In this document: positions 1 to 11,824 of the stretch, one piece after another
How positions within the stretch are numbered: the first letter of the stretch is position 1
Layout: every line of letters begins with the position of its first letter
NCBI GenBank assembly: GCA_963833225.1
Contig: CAWHXD010000006.1
Coordinates: 32,001-96,000, forward strand
Origin: an uncultured Chloroflexia bacterium
GTDB lineage: Bacteria; Chloroflexota; Limnocylindria; Limnocylindrales; CSP1-4
DNA: 64,000 bases
Reading direction: 5' to 3'
The notes under the pieces: generated by a model
Database searches by the model: none
What the model saw: only the letters and a program-made list of their open reading frames with translations
What the model was told of the DNA's origin: nothing
Program-made: the position numbers and the translations under genes

Positions 1-259
1 GGAGGACGGGCGCCTTGAGACGATGAGCCCCGGCTCGGGATCGGCGCTCACCTTCGACGGGCGCCGGGTCCTGCTCAACCCCGGCAGCGTGGGCCAGCCC
101 CGGGACGGGATCCCGACATCGGGCTGGATGCTGCTCGATACCGGGTCCGGGACCGCCACCTGGCGGCGGACCGCGTACGACATCGCGGAGGTCCAGGCCG
201 CCATGACCAGGCTCTCACTCCCCGAGCGCCTCGTGGCCCGCCTGGCGTACGGGTTGTGA
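1..259 (+). CDS. Metallophosphoesterase (YfcE/calcineurin-like family), 5'-truncated
   Basis: C-terminal motif LNPGSVGQPRDG...R.AYD typical of this family; the gene runs off the window start. Confidence 0.8.
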   Translation, partial: EDGRLETMSPGSGSALTFDGRRVLLNPGSVGQPRDGIPTSGWMLLDTGSGTATWRRTAYDIAEVQAAMTRLSLPERLVARLAYGL

Positions 260-263
260 CCCG

Positions 264-2328
264 GTGATTCCCGGCAGGCGTCCCCATCTCCGGCCGCAAG
301 CCCGGCGACAAGCGGGTCCGGGTGGAGCGGCACCATGCGCCGTACTTCCGGTACACGGGTCCCGGGCAGCTCACCGCCAAGGCCGCGGCCAACGCCCCGA
401 CCACGGCGACGGGCCGCTTCAACATGCGCCTCAAGCACGCCCTCCTTGGCCGGCCCCTCGCCAACGAGGAGGAGATCGGCGAGCGCCTGTCGAAGAAGAA
501 GGCCCTCGCGATCTTCAGCTCGGACGCGATCTCGTCCTCGGCCTACGCGACCGAGGAGATCATCCTCGCGTTCCTGCTCGCCGGGGTCGGCGGGGCCGCG
601 TTCTTCCTGTCGCTCGAGGTGGCGATCGCGATCGCGGTCCTGCTCGGGATCGTCGCCTTCAGCTACCGGCAGGTCTGCATCGCCTACCCAACGGAGGCGG
701 CTCCTATTCGGTCTCGAAGGCGAACTTCGGACGGCTCGCCTCGCTGGTGGCGGCGTCCGCCCTGCTGGTCGACTACACGCTCACGGTCGCCGTGTCGACC
801 TCGTCGGCCGTCGAGCAGATCGCGTCGGCGGCCCCGGCGCTCCACGATGGGAGGTCATCATCGGGGTCACGGCGATCGGCCTGATCACGCTGGGCAACCT
901 GCGCGGCATGCGTGAGGCCGGCAACATCTTCGCCATCCCCACCTACCTGTTCCTGGGCAGCGCCTTCCTGATGATCGCGATGGGCGTGTTCCGGATCGTG
1001 GTCCAGGGCGACACGGGACCGGCGCCCACGCCCGAGGTCATCCGGGCGACCCAGGACACGGCGGAGAACGTCGGCTTCCTCATCCTGCTGCGCGCCTTCG
1101 CGTCGGGCGCGGTGGCCCTGACCGGCACCGAGGCGATCGCCACGGGCGTGCCGGCCTTCCAGCCTCCGGAGGCCAGGAACGCCGCGCGGACGCTGATGGC
1201 CATGGCCGTCATCCTTGCCACGCTGTTCATCGGGATCACGTTCATGGCGACCAACTTCCACATCCTGCCGATCGACACGCCCAAGGTGACCGTCATCGCG
1301 CAGATCGCCAGCCACGTCTACGGCGACAACGTCCTGTTCTACCTGTTCCAGGCGTTCACCGCCCTGCTGCTGTTCCTCGCCGCCAACACCTCGTTCGCGG
1401 CCTTCCCGCGGCTGGCGGCCGTGCTCGCCGAGGACGGGTTCATCCCGCGCCAGTTCGCGTTCCGCGGCGACCGGCTGGCGTTCTCGACCGGGATCCTGCT
1501 GCTGGGCGGCGTCGCGGCCCTGGTCGTGATCGCGGCGGGCGGCTCGACGCATGCGCTGATCCCGCTGTACGCCGTGGGCGTGTTCATCGACTTCACGATC
1601 AGCCAGTCGGGCATGGTCAGGCACTGGATCAGCACCAAGGACCAGGGCTGGCGCTACCGCCTGACGATCAACGCGACCGGCGCGGTGCTCACCGCGGTGA
1701 TCGCGGTGGTGGTGACGTCGGTCAAGTTCACCTCGGGCGCATGGTTCGTCGTGATCCTGATCCCGACGCTGGTGGGGATCATGCTGTTCATCCATCGCCA
1801 GTACGACGGGCAGGCAGCGAGCTGGCGGTCCGCGACGACCTCGTGTTCGACCGCCCGCACCGCGAGCAGCGAGTGGTGATCCCGGTCAACGGGATCAACC
1901 GCTCGGTCGTCCAGGCGGTGATGTTCGGCAAGCCACTCGCGTCCAATCCATCGATGCTCCAGGCGGTGTTCGTGACGACCGACGCTCGAGGAGGCCGAGC
2001 GCATGCGCGAGCGCTGGGAGCGCCAGCTGCCGGGCGTGCCGCTGGTCGTCGTCGAGTCGCCCTACCGGGCGCTCGTGGGGCCGATGGTGACCTACCTGGA
2101 CGTGCTGGAGCGAGCGTGGCCGCCCGACACGGAGACGCCCACCACGATCGTCGTGCTGCCCGAATACGTCGCCCGCCACTGGTGGGACCGCCTCCTCTAC
2201 AACCAGGCGGCGAAGCGCCTCAAGGCGGCGCTCGTCGGTCGGGAGCACACGGTGATCGCGGATGTCCCCTACCGCCGCAGCGAGGTCCACCTGGACGAGG
2301 AGCCACCGGAGCCCGGGCCGCGGCGTAG
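264..2328 (+). CDS. APC-family transporter, KimA/YdaO-like K+ transporter (frameshifted in this sequence)
   Basis: Pieces in ORFs 322-915, 335-1879, 1741-2328 and 2003-2761: LAIFSSDAISSSAYATEE, GGGSY, ALTGTEAIA, ANTSFAAFPRL, LIPLYAVGVF, SPYR...PEYV...WW..LLYNQ; about 5-6 indels. Confidence 0.85.
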
Positions 2329-2435
2329 CGCCCGGGCGAGCCGCGACCCGGTGGGTATCGTGACCGGCGCGACGACGCGGCCGGGAGCGTCCCGGTGGCC
2401 CGCCGTCGTCGCCGGACTCGGAGGTCCTCACGACC

Positions 2436-2897
2436 GTGGCCGACACGTCGGCATCCCAATTCCAACGCGCGGTGGTCGCGCTGTCAGGTGGTCGGACGGA
2501 CCGCAAGATCGTCTCGCTCGCGGCGGACAATGCCCGCGCCAGCCGTGGCGAGCTGGTGGGCGTCCACGTCGTCGAGATCGACTGGACGCTTCCCCTCGAT
2601 GCCGACGTCGCGGGCCACGACGAGGGCGCGCAGCGCGTCCTCGACATCGCCGAGGCGACGGCGGAGGCGGCGCAGCTACAAGCTGGAGACCGTCCTGCTC
2701 CAGGCCCGCGACGTGGGGGCGGCGATCGTTGACGAGGCGATCGAGCGCGGGGCCGACATGATCATCTGCGGGCCTGCCGTTCCGGCGCGCGGTTCGGCGG
2801 CGACTTCGCCGTGGGCCGCACCATCCCGTACATCCTGAGGAACGCCCCTGCGCGGTCGTGGGTCATCCGAGAGGCGATGCCCGAGGAGCAACCATGA
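2436..2897 (+). CDS. Universal stress protein (UspA family), frameshifted
   Basis: RAVVALSG...VHVVE...AIVDEAIERGADMII.G...GRTIPYILRNAP spread over several frames; stop overlaps the next ATG (ATGA). Confidence 0.75.
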
Positions 2898-3396
2898 AAG
2901 CCGTGATCGTCGGCTGCGGCCGGGTCGGTGCCGGGCATCGCCGACGAGCTGGACCGTGCCGGCTGGCACGTCCTCATCATGGACCTGACGACGGCGGCGT
3001 TCGACCGCCTGCCGTCCACGTTCGGCGGGACCGCCCTCCGCGGCGACGGGACGGACGAGGATATCCTGCGACGCGCCGGCGCGGAGGGTGCGGACGTGTT
3101 CCTGGCCATGACGGAGGGCGACAACCGCAACGTCATGGCGGCGCAGCTCGGGCTCGAGGCACTCGGTGCCCGGCAGACCGTCGCCAAGATCAACGATCCC
3201 GTTCGCGCCGAGGCCTACGCCCACCTGGGCATCGCGACCCTGTGCCGCACCAACCTGATGACGTCGGCGGTGCTGGCCTACATGGGCCAGGCCGTTCCCG
3301 GCCTGCCGGGCATGTACGCGCCGGTGGCTCATCACGTGCATGACGACGCGAGCGACCCCCCCGACCGCGCCGGTCGCGTCCACCCCGGAGGCCTAG
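2894..3396 (+). CDS. TrkA/KtrA-type RCK_N potassium uptake regulatory protein (short), frameshifted
   Basis: MKAVIVGCGRVG...GDGTDEDILRRAGAEGAD.FLAMT.GDNRN; indel near 2930. Confidence 0.8.
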
Positions 3397-3399
3397 GGC

Positions 3400-4070
3400 A
3401 TGTTCGTCATCGTGGTGGGCGGCGGCAAGGTCGGCTACTACCTCACCAAGGAGCTCATCGAGTCGGGCCACGAGGTGGCCCTGATGGAGAAGGACCGTCG
3501 GCGCGCGGACACCATCAAGGACGAGATCGGGTCGGTCGTCATCCCCCAGGACGGGTGCGAGGGCAAGTACCTCCACGAGGCCGGGGCGAACCGGGCGGAC
3601 ATCGTTGCCGCCGTCACCGGCGATGACGAGGACAACCTCGTGATCTGCCAGATGGCCAAGCACCACTTCGACGTGCCGCGGACCATCGCGCGGGTGAACA
3701 ACCCCAAGAACGAGCGCCTGTTCCGGCACCTGGGCGTGGACGAGATCATCAGCCCCACGCGGATGATCCTGGGCTCGATCGAGCAGGACATCCCGGTCCA
3801 CGAGCTGCTCCACCTCGCGGCGCTGGGCGTTGGCGAGCTCGAGATCATCGAGGCGCACCTCCAGCCGGGTTCGCCGGCGATCGGCAAGATCGCGCTCGAC
3901 CTCACGGTCCCCGGTGGCTGCTCGCTGTTCGGCGTCATCCGGGGGGCGTCCCGACGCCGCTGCGGGCGGACACCGTCCTGGCCGAGGGCGACAAGGTGAT
4001 CGCGATCGGGCGCCCGGACTGCGAGGACGAGCTCCGAGGCCAGCTGATCGGGGATCACGAGGAGGCGTAG
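3400..4070 (+). CDS. trkA: TrkA-family RCK_N+RCK_C protein, frameshifted near 3945
   Basis: MFVIVVGGGKVG...AVTGDDEDNLVICQ...ARVNNPKN; C-terminal TVLAEGDKVIAIG lies in a shifted frame. Confidence 0.85.
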
Positions 4071-4224
4071 GCCCGGCGCGCCGGCCGTGTTCCGAGGCAA
4101 CGGCCCGAGGACGTCTCGTCCACGCGCCCGCCGGGTCACCGTTCCATCGCCGGCGGACCCGGGCGCCGAGGTGCCGCAGGAGGGCCGTCAGCGGCAGGTT
4201 TCGATTCCCTAATCTCGCAAGTCT

Positions 4225-4255
4225 CTTGACAATCATGTTGTCAGGGTTCTACCTT
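4225..4255 (+). promoter_or_regulatory. Sigma70-type promoter overlapped by an inverted repeat (putative HspR operator)
   Basis: TTGACA(4226-4231)-N18-TACCTT(4250-4255); inverted repeat CTTGACA-N7-TGTCAGG at 4225-4245. Confidence 0.65.
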
Positions 4256-4354
4256 GATCGGTGTCCGGAAACCGACCACCGGCCGGTTCGGCAGCCACCT
4301 CAAACCCTGGGGCCGGCGGATGGACCGCCGGCACACAGCAGGAGGATCGATGTG

Positions 4355-4882
4355 ATGACGATCGCCCGTCGCCCGTCGCCCTTCAGCGAGCTCGTGACGC
4401 TTCGCCAGGCGATGGACCGTCTGTTTGATGACACCGTGTTCCGGCCCTACGGATCCGGCGGCGGGGAATACGCCCGCCTGCCTCTCGATGTCCGCACCTC
4501 GTCGGATGCCCTCCTCGTGGAGGCGTCCCTCCCCGGCTATCGGCCGGAGGACGTCGACATCACCGTGGAGAACGGCACCCTCACGATCCGTGCCGATGAC
4601 CGGACCGAGACGACCCGCGAGGAGGGCGACTGGGTCGTCCGCGAGATCGCGCGCGGCTCGGTGATGCGGACGGTGACCCTGCCCACCGGCCTGGAGGCCG
4701 ATCAGGCGGAGGCCACCTTTGAGCACGGGGTCCTGCGCCTCCGGATCCCGAAGGCCGAGCAGACCAAGCCCCGCCAGATCCGGATCCAGCCGGTGACGGC
4801 CGGCGAGGCCAAGCAGGTCGAGCATGGCCCGGCGGCCGCCGGCGCCGCCACCGGGCCGGACATGACCGGGGCGGGGGCGTAG
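4355..4882 (+). CDS. Small heat shock protein, Hsp20/alpha-crystallin family
   Basis: AGGAGG RBS; PFSELVTLRQAMDRLF...ASLPG..PEDVDITVENGTLTI...ATFEHGVLRLRIPK. Confidence 0.92.
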   Translation: MTIARRPSPFSELVTLRQAMDRLFDDTVFRPYGSGGGEYARLPLDVRTSSDALLVEASLPGYRPEDVDITVENGTLTIRADDRTETTREEGDWVVREIARGSVMRTVTLPTGLEADQAEATFEHGVLRLRIPKAEQTKPRQIRIQPVTAGEAKQVEHGPAAAGAATGPDMTGAGA

Positions 4883-4886
4883 CTCC

Positions 4887-5270
4887 ATGGCCGCTGCGCG
4901 CCGGCCCGATCGGGACCCGACCCGTCCGGTCTACGTCATCAGCGTCGCCGCGACACTCGTCTCGGCGCACCCGAGGACGCTTCGGATCTACGAGGACGAG
5001 GGCCTGGTCTGCCCGGCACGCACGCCCACCAACATCCGCCTCTACTCCGAGGAGGACATCCGCCGGATCCTGTGGATCCGGCACCTGACGCGGGACCGCG
5101 GCGTCAACCTCGCCGGGGTCCGCACCCTGTTCGAGCTCGAGGAACGCCTCGGCCAGAGGATCCTCGAAGCCCTCTACAACGAAGGAACCCGCGAAGGGGC
5201 GGCGGAACGCCGTACCGGGCGCTCTGCCGCCTCCGGGGGTCCCGCGCCGGACGACCGTCCGGACGGCTGA
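4887..5270 (+). CDS. hspR: HspR-like MerR-family heat-shock repressor
   Basis: [28 protein letters not shown]...RLYS...GVNLAGV; located in a heat-shock operon. Confidence 0.85.
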   Translation: MAAARRPDRDPTRPVYVISVAATLVSAHPRTLRIYEDEGLVCPARTPTNIRLYSEEDIRRILWIRHLTRDRGVNLAGVRTLFELEERLGQRILEALYNEGTREGAAERRTGRSAASGGPAPDDRPDG

Positions 5271-5352
5271 CCTGACCCGATCCATCACCCCCCGTCAACC
5301 CGATCGAACCGAACCGCCGCCGGCCCACCCGCCGGCACCCAAGGAGACCCTG

Positions 5353-7851
5353 ATGGCAAAGCGACCGTCCACCCCGGAGGAGGAGCAGCCCACGCCGGAC
5401 ACCCCGGAGATCCGTGAGCTGCCGCTCGTCGCGCTCCGGGAGACGGTCATCTTCCCGGAGATGATCGTCCCGCTCCAGGTCGGCCGTGAGAAGAGCGTGG
5501 CGGCCCTCAATGCGGCCACCGCGGCCGGTGGGCCGATCGCGCTGGTGACCCAGCGCCAGCCCGAGCAGGAGGACATCGGCGACCCGTCCGAGCTGTACAC
5601 GGTGGGCACGATCGCCAAGATCGCCCAGGTCGTGCAGCTCCAGGACGGGACCGTCCGCGCGATCGTGCAGGGCCAGGGGCGCATCCGCGTCCGTGGCTTC
5701 ACGCACACGTCGCCGTACCTGGCCGCCCGCGTGGAGGAGCTCCACGACGAGACCCCCGAGGGCGTCGAGATCGCGGCCCTGATCCGCAGCGTCCAGGCCC
5801 AGATCGAGCAGTACGTGGCCAACGGCGCGCCGGTGCCGCCCGAGGCCGCGGTCGCCGCGCGCAACATCACCGAGCCGGGCCTGCTCGCCGACATGGTGGC
5901 GTACAGCCCCGACATGTCGACCGAGCAGCGGCAGGAGCTCCTGGAGACGATCGACGTCGAGCAGCGCCTCAAGCTCGTCGCCGCCTTCCTCGCCCGGCAG
6001 ATCGAGATCCTCGAGCTCAAGGGGAAGATCCAGAGCGAGGTCAAGTCCGAGATGGACAAGACCCAGCGGGAGTACATCCTCCGGGAGCAGCTCAAGGCGA
6101 TCCAGCGCGAGCTGGGCGAGGATGATCCCCAGCAGGCCGAGATCAACGAGCTGCGCGAGAAGGTCGAGGCCTCCGGCATGCCCGAGGAGGTCATGGCGCG
6201 GGCGATCAAGGAGGTCGACCGCATGAGCCGGATCCCGTCCGCCTCACCCGAGGTCGGCGTGATCCGCACCTACGTGGACTGGCTGATCAGCCTGCCGTGG
6301 ACGACATCGACGGACGACCGCCTCGATATCAAGGAGGCCGCCGAGATCCTCGACGAGGACCACTACGGGCTCGAGAAGATCAAGGAGCGCATCCTCGAGT
6401 ACCTCGCGGTGCGCAGCCTGGCGGACACCATCCGCAGCCCAATCCTGCTGTTCGTGGGGCCGCCCGGCGTGGGCAAGACCAGCCTCGGCAAGAGCATCGC
6501 GAGGGCCATGGGCCGCAAGTTCGTGCGGATGAGCCTGGGCGGCATCCACGACGAGGCGGAGATCCGCGGCCACCGGCGCACGTACATCGGCGCGCTGCCC
6601 GGCCGCATCATCCAGAGCGTCAAGACCGCGGGCACCAACAACCCCGTGTTCATGCTCGACGAGGTCGACAAGATCGGCATGGACTTCCGGGGCGACCCGT
6701 CGTCCGCGCTGCTGGAGGTGCTGGACCCCGAGCAGAACTTCAGCTTCCAGGACAACTACCTCGAGGTGCCGTTCGACCTCAGCAAGGTCCTGTTCGTCGC
6801 CACGGCCAACCTGGCGGATCCCATCCCGGCCGCCCTGCGCGACCGGATGGAGATGATCCAGCTGCCGGGCTACACCCAGCGCGAGAAGGTGGAGATCGCG
6901 CGCCGGTTCCTGGTTCCCAAGCAGATGGAGAACCATGGCCTCAAGGCCAAGCACGTGGAGATCACGGACTCGGTCCTCACCGAGCTCGTCCAGGCCTACA
7001 CCAAGGAAGCCGGCGTCCGGAACCTCGAGCGCGAGCTCGCCAGCATCATGCGCAAGGTCGCCCGGAGCATTGCCGAGGGCCGCAAGCGCAAGACCATCGT
7101 CGACGTCCGGAAGCTCGAGGAATACCTGGGCCCGCCCCGGTTCGAGTACGGGGAGCTCGAGGCCGAGGACCAGACCGGGTCCGCCACCGGTCTCGTCGTG
7201 ACCGAGGTCGGCGGCGATGTCGTCGCGGTCGAGGTCACCAAGATGGAGGGCAAGGAGGACTTCATCCTCACCGGCCAGCTGGGCGACGTCATGCGCGAGT
7301 CCGCGCGGGCGGCGCTGTCCTGGATCCGGACGCACGCCGACGAGCTGGGCATCACCCGAGACCAGTTCGAGAAGCACACCCTCCACATCCACGTCCCGGC
7401 CGGCGCCATCCCCAAGGACGGCCCGTCCGCCGGCGTGACCATGGCCACGGCCATGGTCTCCGCGCTGGCCGGCATCCCCGTCCGGAAGGACGTGGCGATG
7501 ACGGGCGAGATCACGCTCCGCGGGCGCGTGCTGCCCATCGGCGGGCTCAAGTCCAAGATCCTGGCCGCGCACCTCGCCGGCGCCGGCATGGTCATCCTGC
7601 CCCGGAAGAACGAGAAGGACCTCCGGGACATCCCCGAGGAGATCCGCAAGCAGCTCAAGCTGGTGCTCGCGGACAACATGGACCAGGTGCTTGAGGCCGC
7701 GCTCCGGCGGCGCCCCAGGGCGCTCCGGGCCGCGCCGCCGACCGTCGTCGAGGGCGGTGGCGAGGCCCCCAAGCCGGAGGCGGCGTCCCGCGTCCGCCGC
7801 ACGTCCTTCCCGCCGGCCGACCAGCCGCCGGTCGTCGTGCAGGGCAGCTAG
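5353..7851 (+). CDS. lon: ATP-dependent Lon protease (LonA)
   Basis: LON N-domain, Walker [28 protein letters not shown], catalytic PKDGPSAG and downstream Lys. Confidence 0.97.
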   Translation: MAKRPSTPEEEQPTPDTPEIRELPLVALRETVIFPEMIVPLQVGREKSVAALNAATAAGGPIALVTQRQPEQEDIGDPSELYTVGTIAKIAQVVQLQDGTVRAIVQGQGRIRVRGFTHTSPYLAARVEELHDETPEGVEIAALIRSVQAQIEQYVANGAPVPPEAAVAARNITEPGLLADMVAYSPDMSTEQRQELLETIDVEQRLKLVAAFLARQIEILELKGKIQSEVKSEMDKTQREYILREQLKAIQRELGEDDPQQAEINELREKVEASGMPEEVMARAIKEVDRMSRIPSASPEVGVIRTYVDWLISLPWTTSTDDRLDIKEAAEILDEDHYGLEKIKERILEYLAVRSLADTIRSPILLFVGPPGVGKTSLGKSIARAMGRKFVRMSLGGIHDEAEIRGHRRTYIGALPGRIIQSVKTAGTNNPVFMLDEVDKIGMDFRGDPSSALLEVLDPEQNFSFQDNYLEVPFDLSKVLFVATANLADPIPAALRDRMEMIQLPGYTQREKVEIARRFLVPKQMENHGLKAKHVEITDSVLTELVQAYTKEAGVRNLERELASIMRKVARSIAEGRKRKTIVDVRKLEEYLGPPRFEYGELEAEDQTGSATGLVVTEVGGDVVAVEVTKMEGKEDFILTGQLGDVMRESARAALSWIRTHADELGITRDQFEKHTLHIHVPAGAIPKDGPSAGVTMATAMVSALAGIPVRKDVAMTGEITLRGRVLPIGGLKSKILAAHLAGAGMVILPRKNEKDLRDIPEEIRKQLKLVLADNMDQVLEAALRRRPRALRAAPPTVVEGGGEAPKPEAASRVRRTSFPPADQPPVVVQGS

Positions 7852-7917
7852 GAGCCAGCCCGAGCCCGTGGAGGCGTCCCGGTGACGGGCGGCCTCCACG
7901 GGGATGGGGACCGGACG

Positions 7918-9003
7918 ATGGAGTACCGCGACTACTACGAGATCCTCGGAGTGCCCCGGTCGGCCAGCCAGGCCGATGTCAAGAAGGCATTCCGGAAGCT
8001 CGCGCGCCAGCATCACCCGGACCGGAACCCCGGCGACACCGCCGCCGAACGGCGGTTCAAGGACGTCAACGAGGCCAACGCCGTCCTCTCCGACCCCGCC
8101 AAGCGCCAGCAGTACGACACGCTGGGCGCAAGCTGGGACCAGTTCCAGCAGGCCGGTGGCGGCCGAGCCGGCGCGGATCCGTTCGGCCCCGGCGGTCCGT
8201 TCGCGGGCTGGACGGGCGGAGGCGGCCCGGCGGCCAGTGGCGGGCGGGCGGGCAACGTCCGCTACGAGTTCCGCACCGCGGGCGGCGGCGACGCCGGCTT
8301 CTCGGACTTCTTCCGCATGTTCTTCTCCGGCGCGGCGGCCGGTGGGAGTGCCGGAGGGGGCACGGACGGCGGGCAGCGCGGCGCCGGCGGCATCCGCTTC
8401 GAGGAGATCCTCGGCGACATGGGGCGCGGCCCTGGCCGCAGCGGGTCCGGAACGGCGCACCGGGGCGCCGGCGCCGGCCGGGTGAGCGCTGCGATGCGGG
8501 CGATCGAGGCGCCCACCGAGCTGACCCTCGAGGAGGCCTTTCATGGCACCCAGCGGCTGGTGCAGGTCGAGGGCAAGCGCTACGAGGTCCAGCTCCCGCG
8601 CGGGGTGGACACCGGGAGCCGCGTCAGGCTGAGCGGCAAGGGACCCGACGGGCGTGATTTGGTCGTGACCGTCCGCGTGCGACCCCACGACACCTTCACG
8701 CGCCGGGGCGCGGACCTGGAGCGGGAGCTGCCGGTCACGCTGCGCGAGGCGTTGCTCGGGGCGGAGGTCCCCGTCACGACCCTCAAGGGCCGAATCCTCC
8801 TCCACATCCCGGCCGGAACCCAAGGCGGCAAGACGTTCCGCCTGACCGGCCAGGGCATGCCGAAGATGAAGGATGGCGGTGTCGGCGACCTGTACGTGAA
8901 GGTTCGCGTGGTGCTGCCGAAGACCATGAGCGAGGAGGCCAGGGAGGCGGGAGCGGCGTTCCTCGACCTCGTCGACCAGGCCGACCCGCGGGCCACCACC
9001 TGA
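7918..9003 (+). CDS. Class B J-domain protein (DnaJ/CbpA-like, no Zn finger)
   Basis: [12 protein letters not shown]...HHPDRN, G/F-rich linker, DnaJ C-terminal domain; no CxxCxGxG repeats. Confidence 0.9.
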   Translation: MEYRDYYEILGVPRSASQADVKKAFRKLARQHHPDRNPGDTAAERRFKDVNEANAVLSDPAKRQQYDTLGASWDQFQQAGGGRAGADPFGPGGPFAGWTGGGGPAASGGRAGNVRYEFRTAGGGDAGFSDFFRMFFSGAAAGGSAGGGTDGGQRGAGGIRFEEILGDMGRGPGRSGSGTAHRGAGAGRVSAAMRAIEAPTELTLEEAFHGTQRLVQVEGKRYEVQLPRGVDTGSRVRLSGKGPDGRDLVVTVRVRPHDTFTRRGADLERELPVTLREALLGAEVPVTTLKGRILLHIPAGTQGGKTFRLTGQGMPKMKDGGVGDLYVKVRVVLPKTMSEEAREAGAAFLDLVDQADPRATT

Positions 9004-9049
9004 TCCCGGCCAATCTCCCGATCCAGTCGACCGCACGAGACCCACCACG

Positions 9050-11812
9050 ATGCAACTTGACCACTTCACCGAAAAGGCCCAGGAGGCCATCGTCACCGCC
9101 CAGCAGCTCGCCGAACGGCTGCAGAGCCCCGTGCTCGATGCCGAGCACCTGCTGGCCGCGCTCGTCGACCCCGATGACGGGGTCCCCGCCGAGACGCTCC
9201 GGCGCCTGGGCGTGGACCTGGGGGCGCTGCGGGGCGAGCTCGCCGCCACGCTGGCCGGGCGCGCCCGGATCCAGGGCGGCCAGATGGGTCTCGATCCGCG
9301 CGCCAAGCGCGTGATCGACCGTGCCCAGGACGAGGCACGGCGCATGAACGACGAGTACACGAGCACCGAGCACCTGCTGCTGGGCGTCGTCGAGGTGGGC
9401 GGTGAGTCGCAGCAGCTGCTGGAACGGCACGGGGCCGGGCGGGAGGCCATCCTCGGCGCGCTCCAGCAGGTCCGCGGCGGGCAGCGCGTGACCAGCGCCA
9501 CCCCCGAGACCACCTACCAGGCCCTCGAGAAGTACGGGCGCGACCTCACGGCCGAGGCCCGTGCCGGCAAGCTGGACCCGGTCATCGGCCGCGACGAGGA
9601 GATCCGGCGGGTGATCCAGGTCCTGTCGCGCCGGACCAAGAACAACCCGGTGCTCATCGGCGAGCCGGGCGTCGGCAAGACCGCGATCGCGGAAGGCCTC
9701 GCCCAGCGGATCGTTCGTGGTGACGTCCCGGAGACGCTCAAGGACAAGCGGGTCATCTCGCTCGATCTCGGCGCGATCATCGCCGGCTCCAAGTTCCGCG
9801 GCGAGTTCGAGGAGCGCCTCAAGGCCGTCCTCAAGGAGATCAAGGACTCCGAGGGCGCCGTCATCCTGTTCATCGACGAGCTGCACACCGTGGTGGGTGC
9901 CGGCGCGGCCGAGGGCGCGATGGACGCCTCCAACCTGCTCAAGCCGATGCTCGCCCGCGGCGAGCTGCACACCATCGGGGCCACCACGCTCGACGAGTAC
10001 CGCAAGCACATCGAGAAGGACGCGGCGCTCGAGCGCCGCTTCCAGCCGGTGATGGTGGACCAGCCGACGGTCGAGGAGACGATCTCGATCCTGCGCGGCC
10101 TGCGCGAGCGCTACGAGGTGCATCACGGCGTCCGGATCACCGACTCCGCCCTCGTCGCCGCGGCCACCCTGTCCAACCGCTACATCACCGAACGGTTCCT
10201 GCCGGACAAGGCGATCGACCTCGTGGACGAGGCGGCGAGCCGGCTCCGGATGGAGATTGACTCGATGCCGATCGAGCTCGATGAGCTGGAGCGCCGGCGA
10301 ATCCAGCTGGAGATCGAGCGCGAGGCCCTGCGCAAGGAGTCCGATGACGCCTCCAAGGCTCGCCTCGACACCCTCGAGCGAGAGCTCGCCGAGATCGGCG
10401 AGGAGGCCGGCGCGATGAAGCAGCGCTGGGAGGCCGAGAAGTCGGCCATCAGCGGGCTGCGCGAGACCAAGGCCGAGGTCGAGCAGCTGGCGGTGCGCGT
10501 CGAGCAGGCCGAGCGCGAGGCCGATTACGGCACCGCGGCGGAGCTCAAGTACGGCCGCGCCCGCGAGCTCGCCGACCGGATGACGCAGCAGGAGGCGGCG
10601 ATCGCCGCGCTCCAGGGACCCGGCGCCCTGCTCAAGGAGGAGGTCTCGGCCGATGACGTGGCCGAGATCGTGGCGGCCTGGACCGGGATCCCCGTCACGC
10701 GCCTGATGGAGGGCGAGCTGGAGAAGCTGGTCCACATGGAGGAGCGGCTCCACGATCGGGTCGTCGGCCAGGACGAGGCCATCGCCGCCGTCTCCGACGC
10801 GGTCCGCCGGGCGCGGGCGGGGCTCAAGGACCCGCGACGGCCCATCGGCTCGTTCCTGTTCCTGGGCCCGACCGGCGTCGGCAAGACGGAGCTCGCCCGG
10901 GCGGTCGCCCAGTTCCTGTTCGACGACGAGCAGGCGATGGTCCGCATCGACATGAGCGAGTACATGGAGAAGTTTGCGGTGTCGCGGCTGGTCGGGGCGC
11001 CCCCCGGCTACGTGGGCTACGAGGAGGGCGGCCAGCTGACCGAGGCCGTCCGCCGGCGGCCATACCAGGTGATCCTGCTCGACGAGATCGAGAAGGCCCA
11101 CCCGGACGTGTTCAACGTGCTGCTCCAGGTGCTCGACGACGGGCGCCTGACCGACTCCCAGGGCCGGACCGTCGACTTCAAGAACACGGTCGTGATCATG
11201 ACCTCCAACGTGGGTTCGCAGCAGATCCAGGCCTTCGCCGGGCGACCCGGTGGCCAGGACTACGAGTCCATGAAGCGGGGGGTCATGGACCAGCTGCATG
11301 GCACGTTCCGGCCCGAGTTCCTCAACCGCATCGACGAGGTCATCGTGTTCCACGCGCTGACCGATGCCGAGCTGGTGGCGATCGCGGACCTGCTGCTGGC
11401 CGAGCTCCAGGGGCGGATCGCGGGCAACGACCTCACCCTCGACGTCACGCCGGCGGCCCGGACGCTGATCGTGCGCGAGGGGACCGATCCGTCCTTTGGG
11501 GCCCGGCCGCTCAAGCGGACGATCCAGCGTCTGGTCGAGAACCCGTTCGCCCGCGCGCTGCTGTCGGGCACGTTCAAGCCCGGCGACACCGTGACGGCCG
11601 ACGCCGACCCGGTGTCCGGGACGCTCGTGTTCGCGTCCGAGTCGTCGTCCGTTGCCACCGATGCCTCGGAGCGGCGCGACGCGCGGGGCACCGCGGCCGA
11701 TCGCGAGGCCGCGGGGGCCGGGACCGGCTCGCCCGGGCGGCGAAGCGCGTTCGACCTGCCGCCCCTCGAGAAGGAGCCCGACAAGGGTGACGGCGGCGGG
11801 CTGGTCAACTAG
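9050..11812 (+). CDS. clpB: ATP-dependent disaggregase ClpB
   Basis: Clp N-domain, two AAA modules ([16 protein letters not shown]), coiled-coil M-domain, RIDMSEYME. Confidence 0.96.
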   Translation: MQLDHFTEKAQEAIVTAQQLAERLQSPVLDAEHLLAALVDPDDGVPAETLRRLGVDLGALRGELAATLAGRARIQGGQMGLDPRAKRVIDRAQDEARRMNDEYTSTEHLLLGVVEVGGESQQLLERHGAGREAILGALQQVRGGQRVTSATPETTYQALEKYGRDLTAEARAGKLDPVIGRDEEIRRVIQVLSRRTKNNPVLIGEPGVGKTAIAEGLAQRIVRGDVPETLKDKRVISLDLGAIIAGSKFRGEFEERLKAVLKEIKDSEGAVILFIDELHTVVGAGAAEGAMDASNLLKPMLARGELHTIGATTLDEYRKHIEKDAALERRFQPVMVDQPTVEETISILRGLRERYEVHHGVRITDSALVAAATLSNRYITERFLPDKAIDLVDEAASRLRMEIDSMPIELDELERRRIQLEIEREALRKESDDASKARLDTLERELAEIGEEAGAMKQRWEAEKSAISGLRETKAEVEQLAVRVEQAEREADYGTAAELKYGRARELADRMTQQEAAIAALQGPGALLKEEVSADDVAEIVAAWTGIPVTRLMEGELEKLVHMEERLHDRVVGQDEAIAAVSDAVRRARAGLKDPRRPIGSFLFLGPTGVGKTELARAVAQFLFDDEQAMVRIDMSEYMEKFAVSRLVGAPPGYVGYEEGGQLTEAVRRRPYQVILLDEIEKAHPDVFNVLLQVLDDGRLTDSQGRTVDFKNTVVIMTSNVGSQQIQAFAGRPGGQDYESMKRGVMDQLHGTFRPEFLNRIDEVIVFHALTDAELVAIADLLLAELQGRIAGNDLTLDVTPAARTLIVREGTDPSFGARPLKRTIQRLVENPFARALLSGTFKPGDTVTADADPVSGTLVFASESSSVATDASERRDARGTAADREAAGAGTGSPGRRSAFDLPPLEKEPDKGDGGGLVN

Positions 11813-11824
11813 GCCCGGGCGGCG

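Noticed and set aside
264-4070. Programmed frameshifting or confirmed pseudogenes in the K+ operon
   Set aside because: Too many scattered indels without slippery sites or substitution decay; sequencing error is simpler
4256-4354. RNA thermometer in the hsp20 leader
   Set aside because: No recognisable ROSE or fourU element pairing with the RBS
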